A DNA stretch of 29,435 bases from a virus (IMGVR_UViG_3300037722_000646:1-29435); one strand, 5' to 3'; numbered from the stretch's first letter, positions 18,699 through 27,311 are shown. Notes: a model not told the origin generated them from the letters alone. Numbers and translations: made by a program.

Positions 18699-19130
18699 GT
18701 GCATCAGACCCGACCGCATCGCTGGGCCCTGGCCCTGCTCCCGCTGCTGCTGGTGTCCCCGCAGCCCCCGGAGGAGCCGGTGTTGCCCCCGGAGGAGCCG
18801 GTCACCGCCCTCCTGCCCCCACCCGCCGACTGGGCAACCGAGTACGACCGGGTCTGGCAGAGTTGCGGCCAGTTCGCGGTGTTGGTTCCCCGATATCAGT
18901 TCATCGACCTCCGGTTCTATACCGTCGAGGCGTCCCCATTTCACGTCCAGACCCGGTACGCCGGTCGTGTCGAGGCCGAAGGGATGTGGGAGGAAGACCG
19001 GATCTATCTCGCCCTCCCGATCACCCGATACGCCCTGCGCCACGAGATGCTCCACGCGCAGATCGGTCGGCCCGGTCATGGGTTCCTCTTCTCCCGCTGT
19101 CTGCCCATCACCGAGGCCCTCGACTCATGA
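18699..19130 (+). CDS. Exported zincin-like protein (HEMLH)
   Basis: Signal-like N-terminus, PPEEPV x2 linker, LRHEMLHAQIGRPGH, two Cys. Confidence 0.6.
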   Translation: MHQTRPHRWALALLPLLLVSPQPPEEPVLPPEEPVTALLPPPADWATEYDRVWQSCGQFAVLVPRYQFIDLRFYTVEASPFHVQTRYAGRVEAEGMWEEDRIYLALPITRYALRHEMLHAQIGRPGHGFLFSRCLPITEALDS

Positions 19131-19420
19131 CACCCGGTGCATGGCGCTCGGGGCGTGGTGGTTCTGAGCTGGCCTTGCGTGAGCCCGTGGTGTTCGTCCG
19201 GATCTTCCTCGGGACCACGGGAGCGATGTGCGTCGTCAGCGGGCTGTACCTGACGGGGATTGTGGTGCTCCGGCAACTGTACCCGACACCACAACCCTTG
19301 CCGTTGCCCCGGTCGCTGACCGTCGTGATGACGTTCGCCTTTGTCTTCAGTGTGTTCTGCCAGGGTATCGCCTGGGTGATGGTTTCGTTGTCGGAGCGGC
19401 TGTGGAAGTCAACGTCCTGA
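19127..19420 (+). CDS. Two-TM membrane protein
   Basis: ATGA overlap and two hydrophobic stretches; the start is uncertain. Confidence 0.45.
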   Translation: MTPGAWRSGRGGSELALREPVVFVRIFLGTTGAMCVVSGLYLTGIVVLRQLYPTPQPLPLPRSLTVVMTFAFVFSVFCQGIAWVMVSLSERLWKSTS

Positions 19421-19590
19421 TCTCGCTCGCCGGCATGATCGGCGCGGGGTTTAGCGCGTACGTCGGCGTCCGGGTCGGGCTCGCGGAGGTGCGGGGCGAC
19501 ATCAAGCGCCTGGATAAGGACGTGGATGATCTGGACGGACGGACCCGGCGACTCGAGGCACCGTACTTCGGACAGCGAGGGCAGGGGTAG
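19402..19590 (+). CDS. Small TM + coiled-coil protein (holin-region type)
   Basis: GTG start with a GGAG SD; VNVLISLAGMIGAGFSAYVGV then EVRGDIKRLDKDVDDLDGRTRRLE. Confidence 0.6.
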   Translation: MEVNVLISLAGMIGAGFSAYVGVRVGLAEVRGDIKRLDKDVDDLDGRTRRLEAPYFGQRGQG

Positions 19591-19681
19591 GGCCAACGTC
19601 CTCCTGGCGCTGGCGTTCTTCGGTGCAGTCGTCACCGGAGGTGGGATCGTGGCGGCGATTGCCGTCGCGTTGAGCAGGTAA
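19526..19681 (+). CDS. Small overlapping protein with a C-terminal TM helix (51 aa)
   Basis: AAGGA SD before ATG 19526; ends ANVLLALAFFGAVVTGGGIVAAIAVALSR. Shorter than the ORFs in the supplied track. Confidence 0.4.
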   Translation: MIWTDGPGDSRHRTSDSEGRGRANVLLALAFFGAVVTGGGIVAAIAVALSR

Positions 19682-19699
19682 CCGGGAAAGAGAGGCGAC

Positions 19700-19921
19700 A
19701 TGATCGACGGTTGGCGGTGTCCAGTCTGTGGGGCTGGTAAGGCCCCGTGGATGGCGTCGTGCCCACACCCGGTGACGACGACTTCCCGAACCGTGGAGTT
19801 GAACGAGGCGAGGGACTGGTTCTGTTTCTGTATTGGGTCTGCCTCTCGTCCTGGGACCGATGGTCGTTGCCGCAACTGCGGTGGGAAGACAATGTCCTCT
19901 TCCTTCACCGTGAGCGAGTAA
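19700..19921 (+). CDS. Small Cys-rich (zinc-ribbon-like) protein
   Basis: GWRCPVCG..APW..CPH, CFC, CRNCG; SD GAGAGG. Confidence 0.55.
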   Translation: MIDGWRCPVCGAGKAPWMASCPHPVTTTSRTVELNEARDWFCFCIGSASRPGTDGRCRNCGGKTMSSSFTVSE

Positions 19922-20463
19922 TGCCACTCTGGGTGTGGGCGGCCATCGTCCTTGGCCTTGTCAACTTGGTGATCCTCGTGTTCCTGTGGTTCCCGCCACA
20001 GGCTAGGGGTATCAAGCGCGTGCTCTGGCTGGAGTACGCCGCGCCGAGTCTCTGGAAGGGCTTGGACGTGATGCGGCGGCCCATCACCGTGATCGAGGGC
20101 CACTGGCTGCCCAAGCTGTGGGGCACCGGCGGCCTGTCGCTCTGGAAGAGCACGATAGCGCTCCGGTGGTATGGACCCAGGGTGCTCGTCAACGGCCAGC
20201 CCTCCCCGGTGGCCCCGGCCGAGTTGGTAGCCCATGAGATCGTGCATTGCGAGCAGAAGCGGGTTGAAGGCGGGCTCCACTACCTCGTGGGCTCGGTCTG
20301 GGACACGGTGACGATCCGATCCAAGCAGCAGCGCCCGCGCGAGGCGGCGGCCTATGCGGCTGAGCGGGTCATCGTCGAGGGCACCTACGGCCCGTTCACG
20401 GTGAGCGGGTTGGAGCAGTACCCGCCGCTCGGTAGCTCGACGCAACCAGGGACGGGGGGCTGA
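19921..20463 (+). CDS. Membrane-anchored HExxH metalloprotease-like protein (DUF4157-like motif pattern)
   Basis: TAATG coupling; N-terminal TM; LVAHEIVHCEQ...PREAAAY. Confidence 0.6.
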   Translation: MPLWVWAAIVLGLVNLVILVFLWFPPQARGIKRVLWLEYAAPSLWKGLDVMRRPITVIEGHWLPKLWGTGGLSLWKSTIALRWYGPRVLVNGQPSPVAPAELVAHEIVHCEQKRVEGGLHYLVGSVWDTVTIRSKQQRPREAAAYAAERVIVEGTYGPFTVSGLEQYPPLGSSTQPGTGG

Positions 20464-20465
20464 CG

Positions 20466-20981
20466 ATGCCAGCTTGGGGAGAGACGCTGCGGGAGCCACG
20501 GATGGGGATCATGCTCCACTACGACGCCAGCTCCTCCGATGCTGGCGCCGTCCAGTGGCTGCTCCACGATCCCGCCTGCCGGGTCAGCTACCAGTGGTTG
20601 GTGCTGGACTCTGGAGTCTCAATTCGGATCGCTCCGGACAGGGCGCGAGCGTACCACGCGGGCGTCTGCCGGTCGAGCGATCCGCGATTGCCCTACCGGG
20701 ACGCGAACAGCGCCTTCTACAGCATCTCGGCGGCGGCGACCGATGGCGAGGTCGTCACGCCAGCGCAGTACCAGACGATTCTCGACCTGGTCCGCTGCTA
20801 CTTCCGGGCCCACGACTGGCCGCTCGAGGAGAGCTGGCGCGTGGTGGGCCACGAGACCGAAGCCTATCCGCTCGGTCGCAAGCACGACCCGACGGGGAGT
20901 GACCCGGCCCGGCCGGTCCTGAGTGTCGCGCAGCTCCGGGCCGATCTCGCACCACCTTCACCGCTGCCACCGGCAGCCTGA
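20466..20981 (+). CDS. Endolysin, N-acetylmuramoyl-L-alanine amidase (Amidase_2 type)
   Basis: IMLHYDAS, VSYQWLV, RAYHAG, VVGH...GRKHDP zinc-amidase motifs. Confidence 0.82.
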   Translation: MPAWGETLREPRMGIMLHYDASSSDAGAVQWLLHDPACRVSYQWLVLDSGVSIRIAPDRARAYHAGVCRSSDPRLPYRDANSAFYSISAAATDGEVVTPAQYQTILDLVRCYFRAHDWPLEESWRVVGHETEAYPLGRKHDPTGSDPARPVLSVAQLRADLAPPSPLPPAA

Positions 20982-20999
20982 ACCATAGGAGTGTACCGC

Positions 21000-21302
21000 A
21001 TGGAAGTCTTCAAAGAGTTGCTGTTCCCGATCCTGATCTTGGCCGTGGCCGCGCTGACCACCACGTTCGCGGATGGGCTGCAGCGCCTGTTCGCCGTGCT
21101 CGATCGGATGCCGGCGGCCGCCAAGCGAATTCTGGTCGGCGTGATCGCGGTCCTGCTGACCAAAGCGTACACCGTGCTCGGCATCACGGATCTGCCGACC
21201 GACATCCTCGGGCTGACCGGGGAGAATGTCGCGGCCGTCGTGTCGGCGTTCCTGGCCTTCCTGTTCCACAAGGCCGATCGCACGAAGGAGAATCTCCCAT
21301 GA
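21000..21302 (+). CDS. Putative holin
   Basis: AGGAG SD before ATG 21000; up to three hydrophobic segments; directly after the endolysin. Confidence 0.55.
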   Translation: MEVFKELLFPILILAVAALTTTFADGLQRLFAVLDRMPAAAKRILVGVIAVLLTKAYTVLGITDLPTDILGLTGENVAAVVSAFLAFLFHKADRTKENLP

Positions 21303-21775
21303 CCCGAATCACTCTGATGGTGGCGGCCCTGCTCCTCGGCGGGTGCCACCTCATGCGGCCCGCCCCGCCCGGGCCGATCGGGGAAGTGCCGGTCGCCCCG
21401 GTCGCGCGGGCCTCGCTCCGACTGGCGACGGTCCGGGCTCCCGTGGCGGATGCCCCGGATACCGCGGTCACCACGGCGACCTGGACCATCCCAGCCGATG
21501 ACGGTCGGGGGCCGGTGGATTCCATGCGGGTCGTGGTCGGTCGGTTCACTGGCGGGGCCGTGGGCACACTGGTCGCCCCGACGGCCACGAGCTTCGAGGA
21601 CCGCCAGCCGATCCCGTTCGGGGAGGCGACCTGGACGGTGGCCGTCCAGGTGTGTCGCTATCGCAGGGATATCCCCTCGTGCGTGTCGGCGGAGACGGAT
21701 CTGGTGGTGGTGGACGTGGCTCCGGCCCCGGTCGGGGGGCTGGAGGTCACGGCGCGGAAAGTTCCTCCGGCATGA
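21299..21775 (+). CDS. Lipoprotein with an FN3-like domain
   Basis: Lipobox LLLGGC, Pro-rich linker, TATWTIPADDGRGPVDSMRV. Confidence 0.6.
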   Translation: MTRITLMVAALLLGGCHLMRPAPPGPIGEVPVAPVARASLRLATVRAPVADAPDTAVTTATWTIPADDGRGPVDSMRVVVGRFTGGAVGTLVAPTATSFEDRQPIPFGEATWTVAVQVCRYRRDIPSCVSAETDLVVVDVAPAPVGGLEVTARKVPPA

Positions 21776-21900
21776 AGCCGCCGGCGAAACAGCGCCCGCC
21801 GCCGATCCCGCCGAAGGTCTTGCGGAAGGGTGTGCCCCGGGAGAAGCGCACGAGTACTGAGGCGTACTACCTCCGGGCGCTCAGTCGGGCGTCCGGGTAA
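21772..21900 (+). CDS. Small basic protein (42 aa)
   Basis: ATGA overlap; MKPPAKQRPPPIPPKVLRK... Confidence 0.35.
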   Translation: MKPPAKQRPPPIPPKVLRKGVPREKRTSTEAYYLRALSRASG

Positions 21901-21918
21901 CGGAACAAGGAGCAGACG

Positions 21919-22416
21919 ATGAAGACACCAGCACCCGGGGATCGATTCTACCTCGACGGCTTTGTGTACGTGCTGGGTGAGACCCAGACCCGACACACCG
22001 CGGACGGGGTGATGGTCTTCCGGGAGTGGCACCGACCGGCGCCGCTGGATGCCGCCGACGCGGCCGCGCATCAGGCGAACGCGAATTACAAGCGGGAGGG
22101 GCTGGCCACCGAGGCGGAGTTGGTCTGGCTGGAGCCACTGGATCTCAATGACGAGATCCAGGTGCAGGCGCTCCGGCTGGCCCTGGGGAACGTCCGCCGG
22201 GCGGTCTGGGCGCGGGCCTGTGTCGCCCAGCAGGCGGATCAGACGGTCGGGGCCTGGACCCTGCCCGGGCGGCTGTTGGTCAAACCCCCGACCGTGATTT
22301 TGGAGGACGGCACGGCGGCCGTGCTCGAACCGATGGTACCGACGCAAGCGGAAGAGGTCATCGCAGCCCTCCTCCAGCACACGTTCAACATCATGATGGG
22401 AGGCTACCATGGCTAG
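21919..22416 (+). CDS. Hypothetical phage protein
   Basis: AAGGAG SD; host-like codon usage. Confidence 0.6.
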   Translation: MKTPAPGDRFYLDGFVYVLGETQTRHTADGVMVFREWHRPAPLDAADAAAHQANANYKREGLATEAELVWLEPLDLNDEIQVQALRLALGNVRRAVWARACVAQQADQTVGAWTLPGRLLVKPPTVILEDGTAAVLEPMVPTQAEEVIAALLQHTFNIMMGGYHG

Positions 22417-22879
22417 CGGGGCGTATCAAAACGGAGTGAAGGTCTGGCTCGACGGGACGATCGACTACCTCGTCGATACGATCAAGGTGCTGCTGGTGTC
22501 GACGGCCACGCCGTACACCTACGATCCGGATCACACGATTTTCGACGCGGGCGGGGCGAACGACATCGTCGACGCCGAAACCAACGTCTCGGGCTATACC
22601 CGAGGCTGGGGCGGCGCGGGCCGGAAAACACTGGCGTCGAAGACCATCGCCGTAGATGACACCAATGACCGGGTGGAGGTCGACGCGGCGGACGTGACCT
22701 GGACCGCGCTCGGCACCGGGGAAACCCTGGAGGCGGCGATCATCGGCAAGGAGGGCGGGGCGAACGACACGACCAGTGTGCCCATTGTGTACCTCGACCC
22801 GACCAACATTCCGACGAACGGGTCGGACGTGACGCTGCAGTTCGCGGCAACGGGATTCCTGCACTTCAACATCGTGTAA
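22409..22879 (+). CDS. Virion structural protein (fibre-module type)
   Basis: GTIDYLVDTIKVLLV...GYTRG..KTL...DAADVTWT...PTNGSDVTLQF; SD GGAGG. Confidence 0.65.
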   Translation: MASGAYQNGVKVWLDGTIDYLVDTIKVLLVSTATPYTYDPDHTIFDAGGANDIVDAETNVSGYTRGWGGAGRKTLASKTIAVDDTNDRVEVDAADVTWTALGTGETLEAAIIGKEGGANDTTSVPIVYLDPTNIPTNGSDVTLQFAATGFLHFNIV

Positions 22880-22897
22880 GGGCGCGGGGGTGGTGGG

Positions 22898-23308
22898 GTG
22901 ACGCGCGTTCAACAGGTCGGCGCGGTGTGCGGAGCGCTCCTCGGGGCGGCCGCCATCGGCGCGGCGGTGCTGCGGTTCTTCGGGACCACGGTGGAGCCGT
23001 TGCCGGTGCGATTCCAGCAGCATGTCGCGAACGAGCAGGTCTGGCACACCTCCGATTCGACAGCGGACGTGGCGGCGTTGGATCGGGACAACGAGGCGCT
23101 CGACCGGGATAACGAGTTGCATGGGCACATCGACCGGATCGAGCAGGAGCAAGGCGAGATGCGCCGGGTGGCCCACGTGGAGCAGTGCATGGAGAACAGC
23201 TTCGCGATGCTGGTGGCACAGAAGTTGGTGCCGTTCCGGTGCGACTCGCTGGGGATTCCGCGTCGGGCGGGTGATGTGCCACCGGCCAGCTTGGAGCCGG
23301 AACGATGA
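22898..23308 (+). CDS. TM + coiled-coil protein
   Basis: N-terminal hydrophobic helix, ALDRDNE x2, two late Cys. Confidence 0.45.
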   Translation: MTRVQQVGAVCGALLGAAAIGAAVLRFFGTTVEPLPVRFQQHVANEQVWHTSDSTADVAALDRDNEALDRDNELHGHIDRIEQEQGEMRRVAHVEQCMENSFAMLVAQKLVPFRCDSLGIPRRAGDVPPASLEPER

Positions 23309-23325
23309 ACGGAGGTTTGACCTAA

Positions 23326-24174
23326 ATGACGATTGAAACGGCGGGCGCGGTCACGGCCAGTTCCAGCGGAACGGTGGTCACGTCCGGCTCCACTGGTAAC
23401 TACAACGCGACCTACACGGAACTCATCGCCTCGACGTCCCAAGACTGGTACGGGTTCTATATCGGTTGCGCGTTCCAGTCCAACTCCGGCGCGTACAAGG
23501 CAAAGATTGCTGTGGGTGCCGCCGCGAGCGAGGTGGACATCTTCGAGTGGATACTGGAGGGACAATCTGCTCGAGGTATCGGGCAAGTCGTGTTCGTCCC
23601 GCTCAAGATTCCGGCTGGATCGCGGGTCAGTGCCAACCTCGGACTCTCGAATTCCACCACGGTCGAACTGGTGTTGTACGGGATCGAGGACCTGAGCGAT
23701 CAGACCCCGATCTACACGACCGCCACCACCCATTGCCTGGATATCGCTTGCGATGCCGGGGCAACAGCCAACACCAAGGTACGCACCGAACTCGTCGCCA
23801 GTACGGGCGCGCCCATTGACGCGATCAGTGTGTTCACGGGAGATGTTGCGGCGGGAGCCGACACCCGGTTGCTGTGCGACATCGAGACGGGTGCCGCCGC
23901 GAGCGAGGTCGTCGTGCTCGGGAACCTGGTGTGGCGGACGGAACAGACGGGCGGGCCGACGACCAGTCCCACTCACTACGGCCCGATGCGGATCAGCACG
24001 ATCGCCAGCGGGGCACGGCTCTCTTGCAATATCCAAGCCGATACGACCAACGTCTCAGGCCGGGTCATTGGCATCACCGTCGTTGGGTTCGACACGATTA
24101 TCAACCCAGGGACGGGGGCGATCATTTTTGCCGTCGCTCACTCACAAGCGGTCCCTCGGGCCGCCTACTGGTAA
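23326..24174 (+). CDS. Beta-rich virion protein with two related domains
   Basis: TELIAST...GAAASEV...IPAGSRVS repeated as TELVAST...GAAASEV...IASGARLS; SD GGAGG. Confidence 0.6.
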   Translation: MTIETAGAVTASSSGTVVTSGSTGNYNATYTELIASTSQDWYGFYIGCAFQSNSGAYKAKIAVGAAASEVDIFEWILEGQSARGIGQVVFVPLKIPAGSRVSANLGLSNSTTVELVLYGIEDLSDQTPIYTTATTHCLDIACDAGATANTKVRTELVASTGAPIDAISVFTGDVAAGADTRLLCDIETGAAASEVVVLGNLVWRTEQTGGPTTSPTHYGPMRISTIASGARLSCNIQADTTNVSGRVIGITVVGFDTIINPGTGAIIFAVAHSQAVPRAAYW

Positions 24175-24188
24175 AAGGAGTACTACCC

Positions 24189-24674
24189 ATGCCGCTCTAC
24201 GTTGCCTATAACGGCCCCGAACCGACCACCGCCAAGCGGGTCGCCGTCACGACCGGGACGGACATCAAGACGCTGCTGCAAGTCGCAACGCCGAGCACCC
24301 GCAAAATCCACCTGATCGAATGGGGAATCGCCTTTTCCGGCGCGGCCGCCGCCACCGGCATCCCGGTCGAGCTGATCGAGACTGACGTAGCGGCAACCGT
24401 CACGGCGTTGACGCCAACCAAATATCGGGGGGCGGGGGACAGTCTGTCGCTCTGCATCGGGGGCACGGCGGCCACCGGCTACACGGCAACCGCCGAGGGC
24501 ACGATCACGGCAGTGCGTACGCTGGACGCGCTACTGCTCCAACCTATGGCAAACTACTTCCATCAATTCCCGCTGGGCCGAGAGCCGGGCATCGACGTGA
24601 GCAAGTTCCTGCGTATTCGGGTGCATGCGGCGGTGGCCGTGGATGCGATAGCATATTTGGTCTGGGAGGAGTAG
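24189..24674 (+). CDS. Putative virion structural protein
   Basis: AAAGGAG SD; KTLLQVATPSTRKIHLIEWGIAF...FPLGREP...FLRIRV...WEE. Confidence 0.6.
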   Translation: MPLYVAYNGPEPTTAKRVAVTTGTDIKTLLQVATPSTRKIHLIEWGIAFSGAAAATGIPVELIETDVAATVTALTPTKYRGAGDSLSLCIGGTAATGYTATAEGTITAVRTLDALLLQPMANYFHQFPLGREPGIDVSKFLRIRVHAAVAVDAIAYLVWEE

Positions 24675-24682
24675 CGCCCTAG

Positions 24683-26077
24683 ATGGCGAGGTTTGGGCGT
24701 AGCTACCCGATCCCGAGGCCAACGGCGGCGCTGTCGGCGGGTGGGGCGGTCACCCTCAGTCCTGCCGTCGCGAGCGTAAATGTCGCAGCGGTCGCCCCGT
24801 CGCTGGTGCTGGGCGCCGTGTCCTTGGCGCCCTCAACCGCCTCGGTCAGCGTGGCCACCCAAACACCATCCCTGGTCGGCTCGGGTACCCCAGTAGGGTG
24901 GCTCTCGGCGGTGGCGGCGGTCACTGTTGCGGCGCTGACACCGACCCTGGCCGTGGCGCCGGTGACCCTCAGCCCGGCCGTCGCGTCGGTCTCGGTGGCC
25001 GCCGTGGCTCCCACGCTCACCCTGTCGGGCGCGGCGGTCCTCACACCCTCTGGCGCCAGCATCAGTGTGGCGGCCCAGGCTCCGGTCCTGGTCGGCGCTG
25101 GTACGGTCACGCTCAGCCCAGCCATGGCCGCTGTGTCGGTGGCCGGTGTAGCTCCGGCGCTGGTCCCGGCGCCCGCCGTTCTGACGCCCGCCGTGGCGGC
25201 TGTCACCGTGGCCGCCATTGCCCCGACGTTTGTGGGCTCGGGGACGCTGACGCCCGCCGCCGCGACAGTGAACGTGGCGGCTATCGCCCCGTCATTGATC
25301 CCGGCACCCGCCGTGCTGACCCCAGGGGTTGCCGCTGTGTCAGTAGTGGCCAGTGCTCCGGCGTTGGTGCCGGGAGCGGTCACCGTGACGCCAGCGGTCG
25401 CCACGGTCAACATCGCGGCCCAGACCCCGGCCTTCGCGGGCTCGGGAACACTGAGTCCTCCCACCGCGATGATCAGCGTGGCGGCGGTGGCTCCAGTTCT
25501 GATCGGCGGCGGCACGGTCGCCCTCAGCCCAGCGGTGGCGGTCATTTCGGTGGCGGCTCAGGTCCCGACACTCGTGGGATCGGGTACCCCGGTGGCTCTG
25601 ACCCCGGCTGGGGCCGCCGTGACTGTGGCCGCCTCGGATCCGACCTTGGCCGGGAGCGGGGCCGTATCACTGGCCCCGGCGGTTGCCCAAGTCTCCGTCC
25701 AAGCGGTCGTGCCCGTTCTCACCGGGGCCAGCGCGGTCGTCCTCGGTCCGCCCGTGGCCAGTGTGTCGGTGCAGGCGTCGGGGCCTACGCTCATCTCGAG
25801 TGGTGGGGCGACCTGGACCACGTCGCCGACCATCGTGACCGTGCAGGCCCTGGCCCCCAGTCTCAGCGGGAGCAGCGCGATTGCCACCACGCCAGCGGCG
25901 GCCGTCATCAACGTCGCGGCGCTGGACCCGGCGTTCGATGTCGTGGCCAAGATGGTGTTGGTCCTCACCGACCAGAGTATCCCGGCTTACCGCCTCGACG
26001 ATACCTCCACGCCCAGCTACACCGTACAAGACGGCAGTGTGCCGGGCCTCACCTTGTCTGATCGGAGTGTCCCATGA
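24683..26077 (+). CDS. Ala/Val/Pro/Thr repeat fibre-like protein
   Basis: Many ~23-25-aa units of the form VTLSPAVASVSVAAxAPTLVG. Confidence 0.7.
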   Translation: MARFGRSYPIPRPTAALSAGGAVTLSPAVASVNVAAVAPSLVLGAVSLAPSTASVSVATQTPSLVGSGTPVGWLSAVAAVTVAALTPTLAVAPVTLSPAVASVSVAAVAPTLTLSGAAVLTPSGASISVAAQAPVLVGAGTVTLSPAMAAVSVAGVAPALVPAPAVLTPAVAAVTVAAIAPTFVGSGTLTPAAATVNVAAIAPSLIPAPAVLTPGVAAVSVVASAPALVPGAVTVTPAVATVNIAAQTPAFAGSGTLSPPTAMISVAAVAPVLIGGGTVALSPAVAVISVAAQVPTLVGSGTPVALTPAGAAVTVAASDPTLAGSGAVSLAPAVAQVSVQAVVPVLTGASAVVLGPPVASVSVQASGPTLISSGGATWTTSPTIVTVQALAPSLSGSSAIATTPAAAVINVAALDPAFDVVAKMVLVLTDQSIPAYRLDDTSTPSYTVQDGSVPGLTLSDRSVP

Positions 26078-26433
26078 GTCCTACCCCGCAGGCCGTGGAT
26101 TGCCGGAAAAAGTTCCGCTTCCAGATGGCCGTCGAAATCCCGAACACCAAGGGGGTCCTGGCCGCCCCGGCCGCCCTGGCGGTGACGGGGATCGTGCTCC
26201 GCTTGTCGGCCACCAAGAACGGAGCGGCCATCCACGCCGACGTGAACGCCCTGGCCACGACCGAGGCGTCCGGGCTCTCGGGCACCTTCTACCATGAGGT
26301 GAGCAAGACGCTCCTGGAGACGCACATCCTCCCCCTGGGCGTGGGGCTGCGCTTCTATGCTATCTGGAGCAAGGCGGGCGACATGGACCTCCAGTACACG
26401 CCGTTCACCGTCGCCGACGGCACGGAGGTCTAG
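26074..26433 (+). CDS. Hypothetical beta-rich virion-associated protein
   Basis: ATGA overlap; 119 aa. Confidence 0.5.
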   Translation: MSPTPQAVDCRKKFRFQMAVEIPNTKGVLAAPAALAVTGIVLRLSATKNGAAIHADVNALATTEASGLSGTFYHEVSKTLLETHILPLGVGLRFYAIWSKAGDMDLQYTPFTVADGTEV

Positions 26434-26434
26434 C

Positions 26435-26638
26435 GTGGCGCGGTTCTCCTTCATTGCCTACGAACTCCGCGAACTCGGCCGCGTGTCAGCCCAGGAGAAG
26501 GCCGGGGCGATCCGGGCGGCTGAACACGTCTGGCCAGGGCGCGTCGTTCACGTCCAGTCGGTGGACTCGGTGGCCGTGGCGCGGGAGGAGTTCGCGGCGC
26601 TCATGCGGTCCCGGCGGTTCGGTACTGGTACAGTTTGA
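26435..26638 (+). CDS. Small protein whose 3' end is supplied by the IS terminus (possibly truncated)
   Basis: GGAGG SD before GTG 26435. The last codons (GTGTV-stop) lie inside the IR at 26621. Confidence 0.4.
   Translation: MARFSFIAYELRELGRVSAQEKAGAIRAAEHVWPGRVVHVQSVDSVAVAREEFAALMRSRRFGTGTV
26621..26638. mobile_element. Left terminal IR of an IS1-family-like element
   Basis: GGTACTGGTACAGTTTGA, 15/18 identical to GGTAGTGGGTCAGTTTGA at 27929. It marks the end of the phage gene run. Confidence 0.7.
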
Positions 26639-26676
26639 AGTTGCACGGTCTGGGCGGGGTGCCCTAGCTTTGGAGT

Positions 26677-26892
26677 ATGCCGAAACGACCCTCCACCCCA
26701 GACCGCCCGACGGACATGAACCAGCTCGCCAAGCGGATTGTTGATCTCTCGACCGGAGACGTAGCCGATACGCCGCCGCGCCCCCTCAGCAAGAGGGCAA
26801 AGGGCGGCGAGGCTAGGGCTCGGAAGCTCTCAGCGCGGAAGCGGACCACCATCGCCCGGAAGGCGGCACGGACACGATGGAAGGCTACCTAG
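26677..26892 (+). CDS. Small basic IS-associated protein
   Basis: RPTDMNQLAKRIVDLSTG...KGGEARARKLS...IARKAARTRW; SD GGAG. Confidence 0.75.
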   Translation: MPKRPSTPDRPTDMNQLAKRIVDLSTGDVADTPPRPLSKRAKGGEARARKLSARKRTTIARKAARTRWKAT

Positions 26893-27311
26893 TCTGCACC
26901 GTTGCCGTTCCGCTTCGCCTTATCTCGTTCCCGCTTGAGAACCGAATGAACCGCCTGCAACAACTGGGTACGGGTCTTCCCCTTCATCCCGCCCTGAATG
27001 AAGGCATCTACGATCCTTGGGGCGGTGTAGTCCCCAGGCCAGAGCTTTTTTAGGTCACGGTAAGCGTCAGTCGGCGTCTTGGAGGCAAAGAATCCTGGCG
27101 GGATGGATGCCGGTCGCCGCTCATCCCCCCCCCCCGAGGAGCCATCGGAGCCGAAAACCATGCGTACCTGGCCCTCAGCGCCGACAAGGCGCTTGATGGC
27201 CGCGATGGAGGCTTGCAGCGCCTGGCGGCGTTCGTCAATCCCGTCTAGCTGTTGCTGTAAGTCCTTTAGTACCACCACATAGTCAATCTTCATGTCCGTG
27301 TCCGTCGTCAT
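26889..27311 (-). CDS. Coiled-coil + probable winged-HTH passenger protein
   Basis: SD GGGAGG; heptad N-terminus; TAPRIVDAFIQGG...AVHSVLKR; contains a G11 tract. Confidence 0.6.
   Translation of the reverse strand: MTTDTDMKIDYVVVLKDLQQQLDGIDERRQALQASIAAIKRLVGAEGQVRMVFGSDGSSGGGDERRPASIPPGFFASKTPTDAYRDLKKLWPGDYTAPRIVDAFIQGGMKGKTRTQLLQAVHSVLKRERDKAKRNGNGAD

Noticed and set aside
20466-20981. Inactive amidase, because the SIGIE glutamate is missing
   Set aside because: His/His/Asp zinc ligands and the Tyr and Lys used by T7-type amidases appear to be retained.
24683-26077. CRISPR-like or non-coding tandem repeat
   Set aside because: The repeats are degenerate at DNA level and conserved as protein; there is no repeat-spacer structure and no cas gene.
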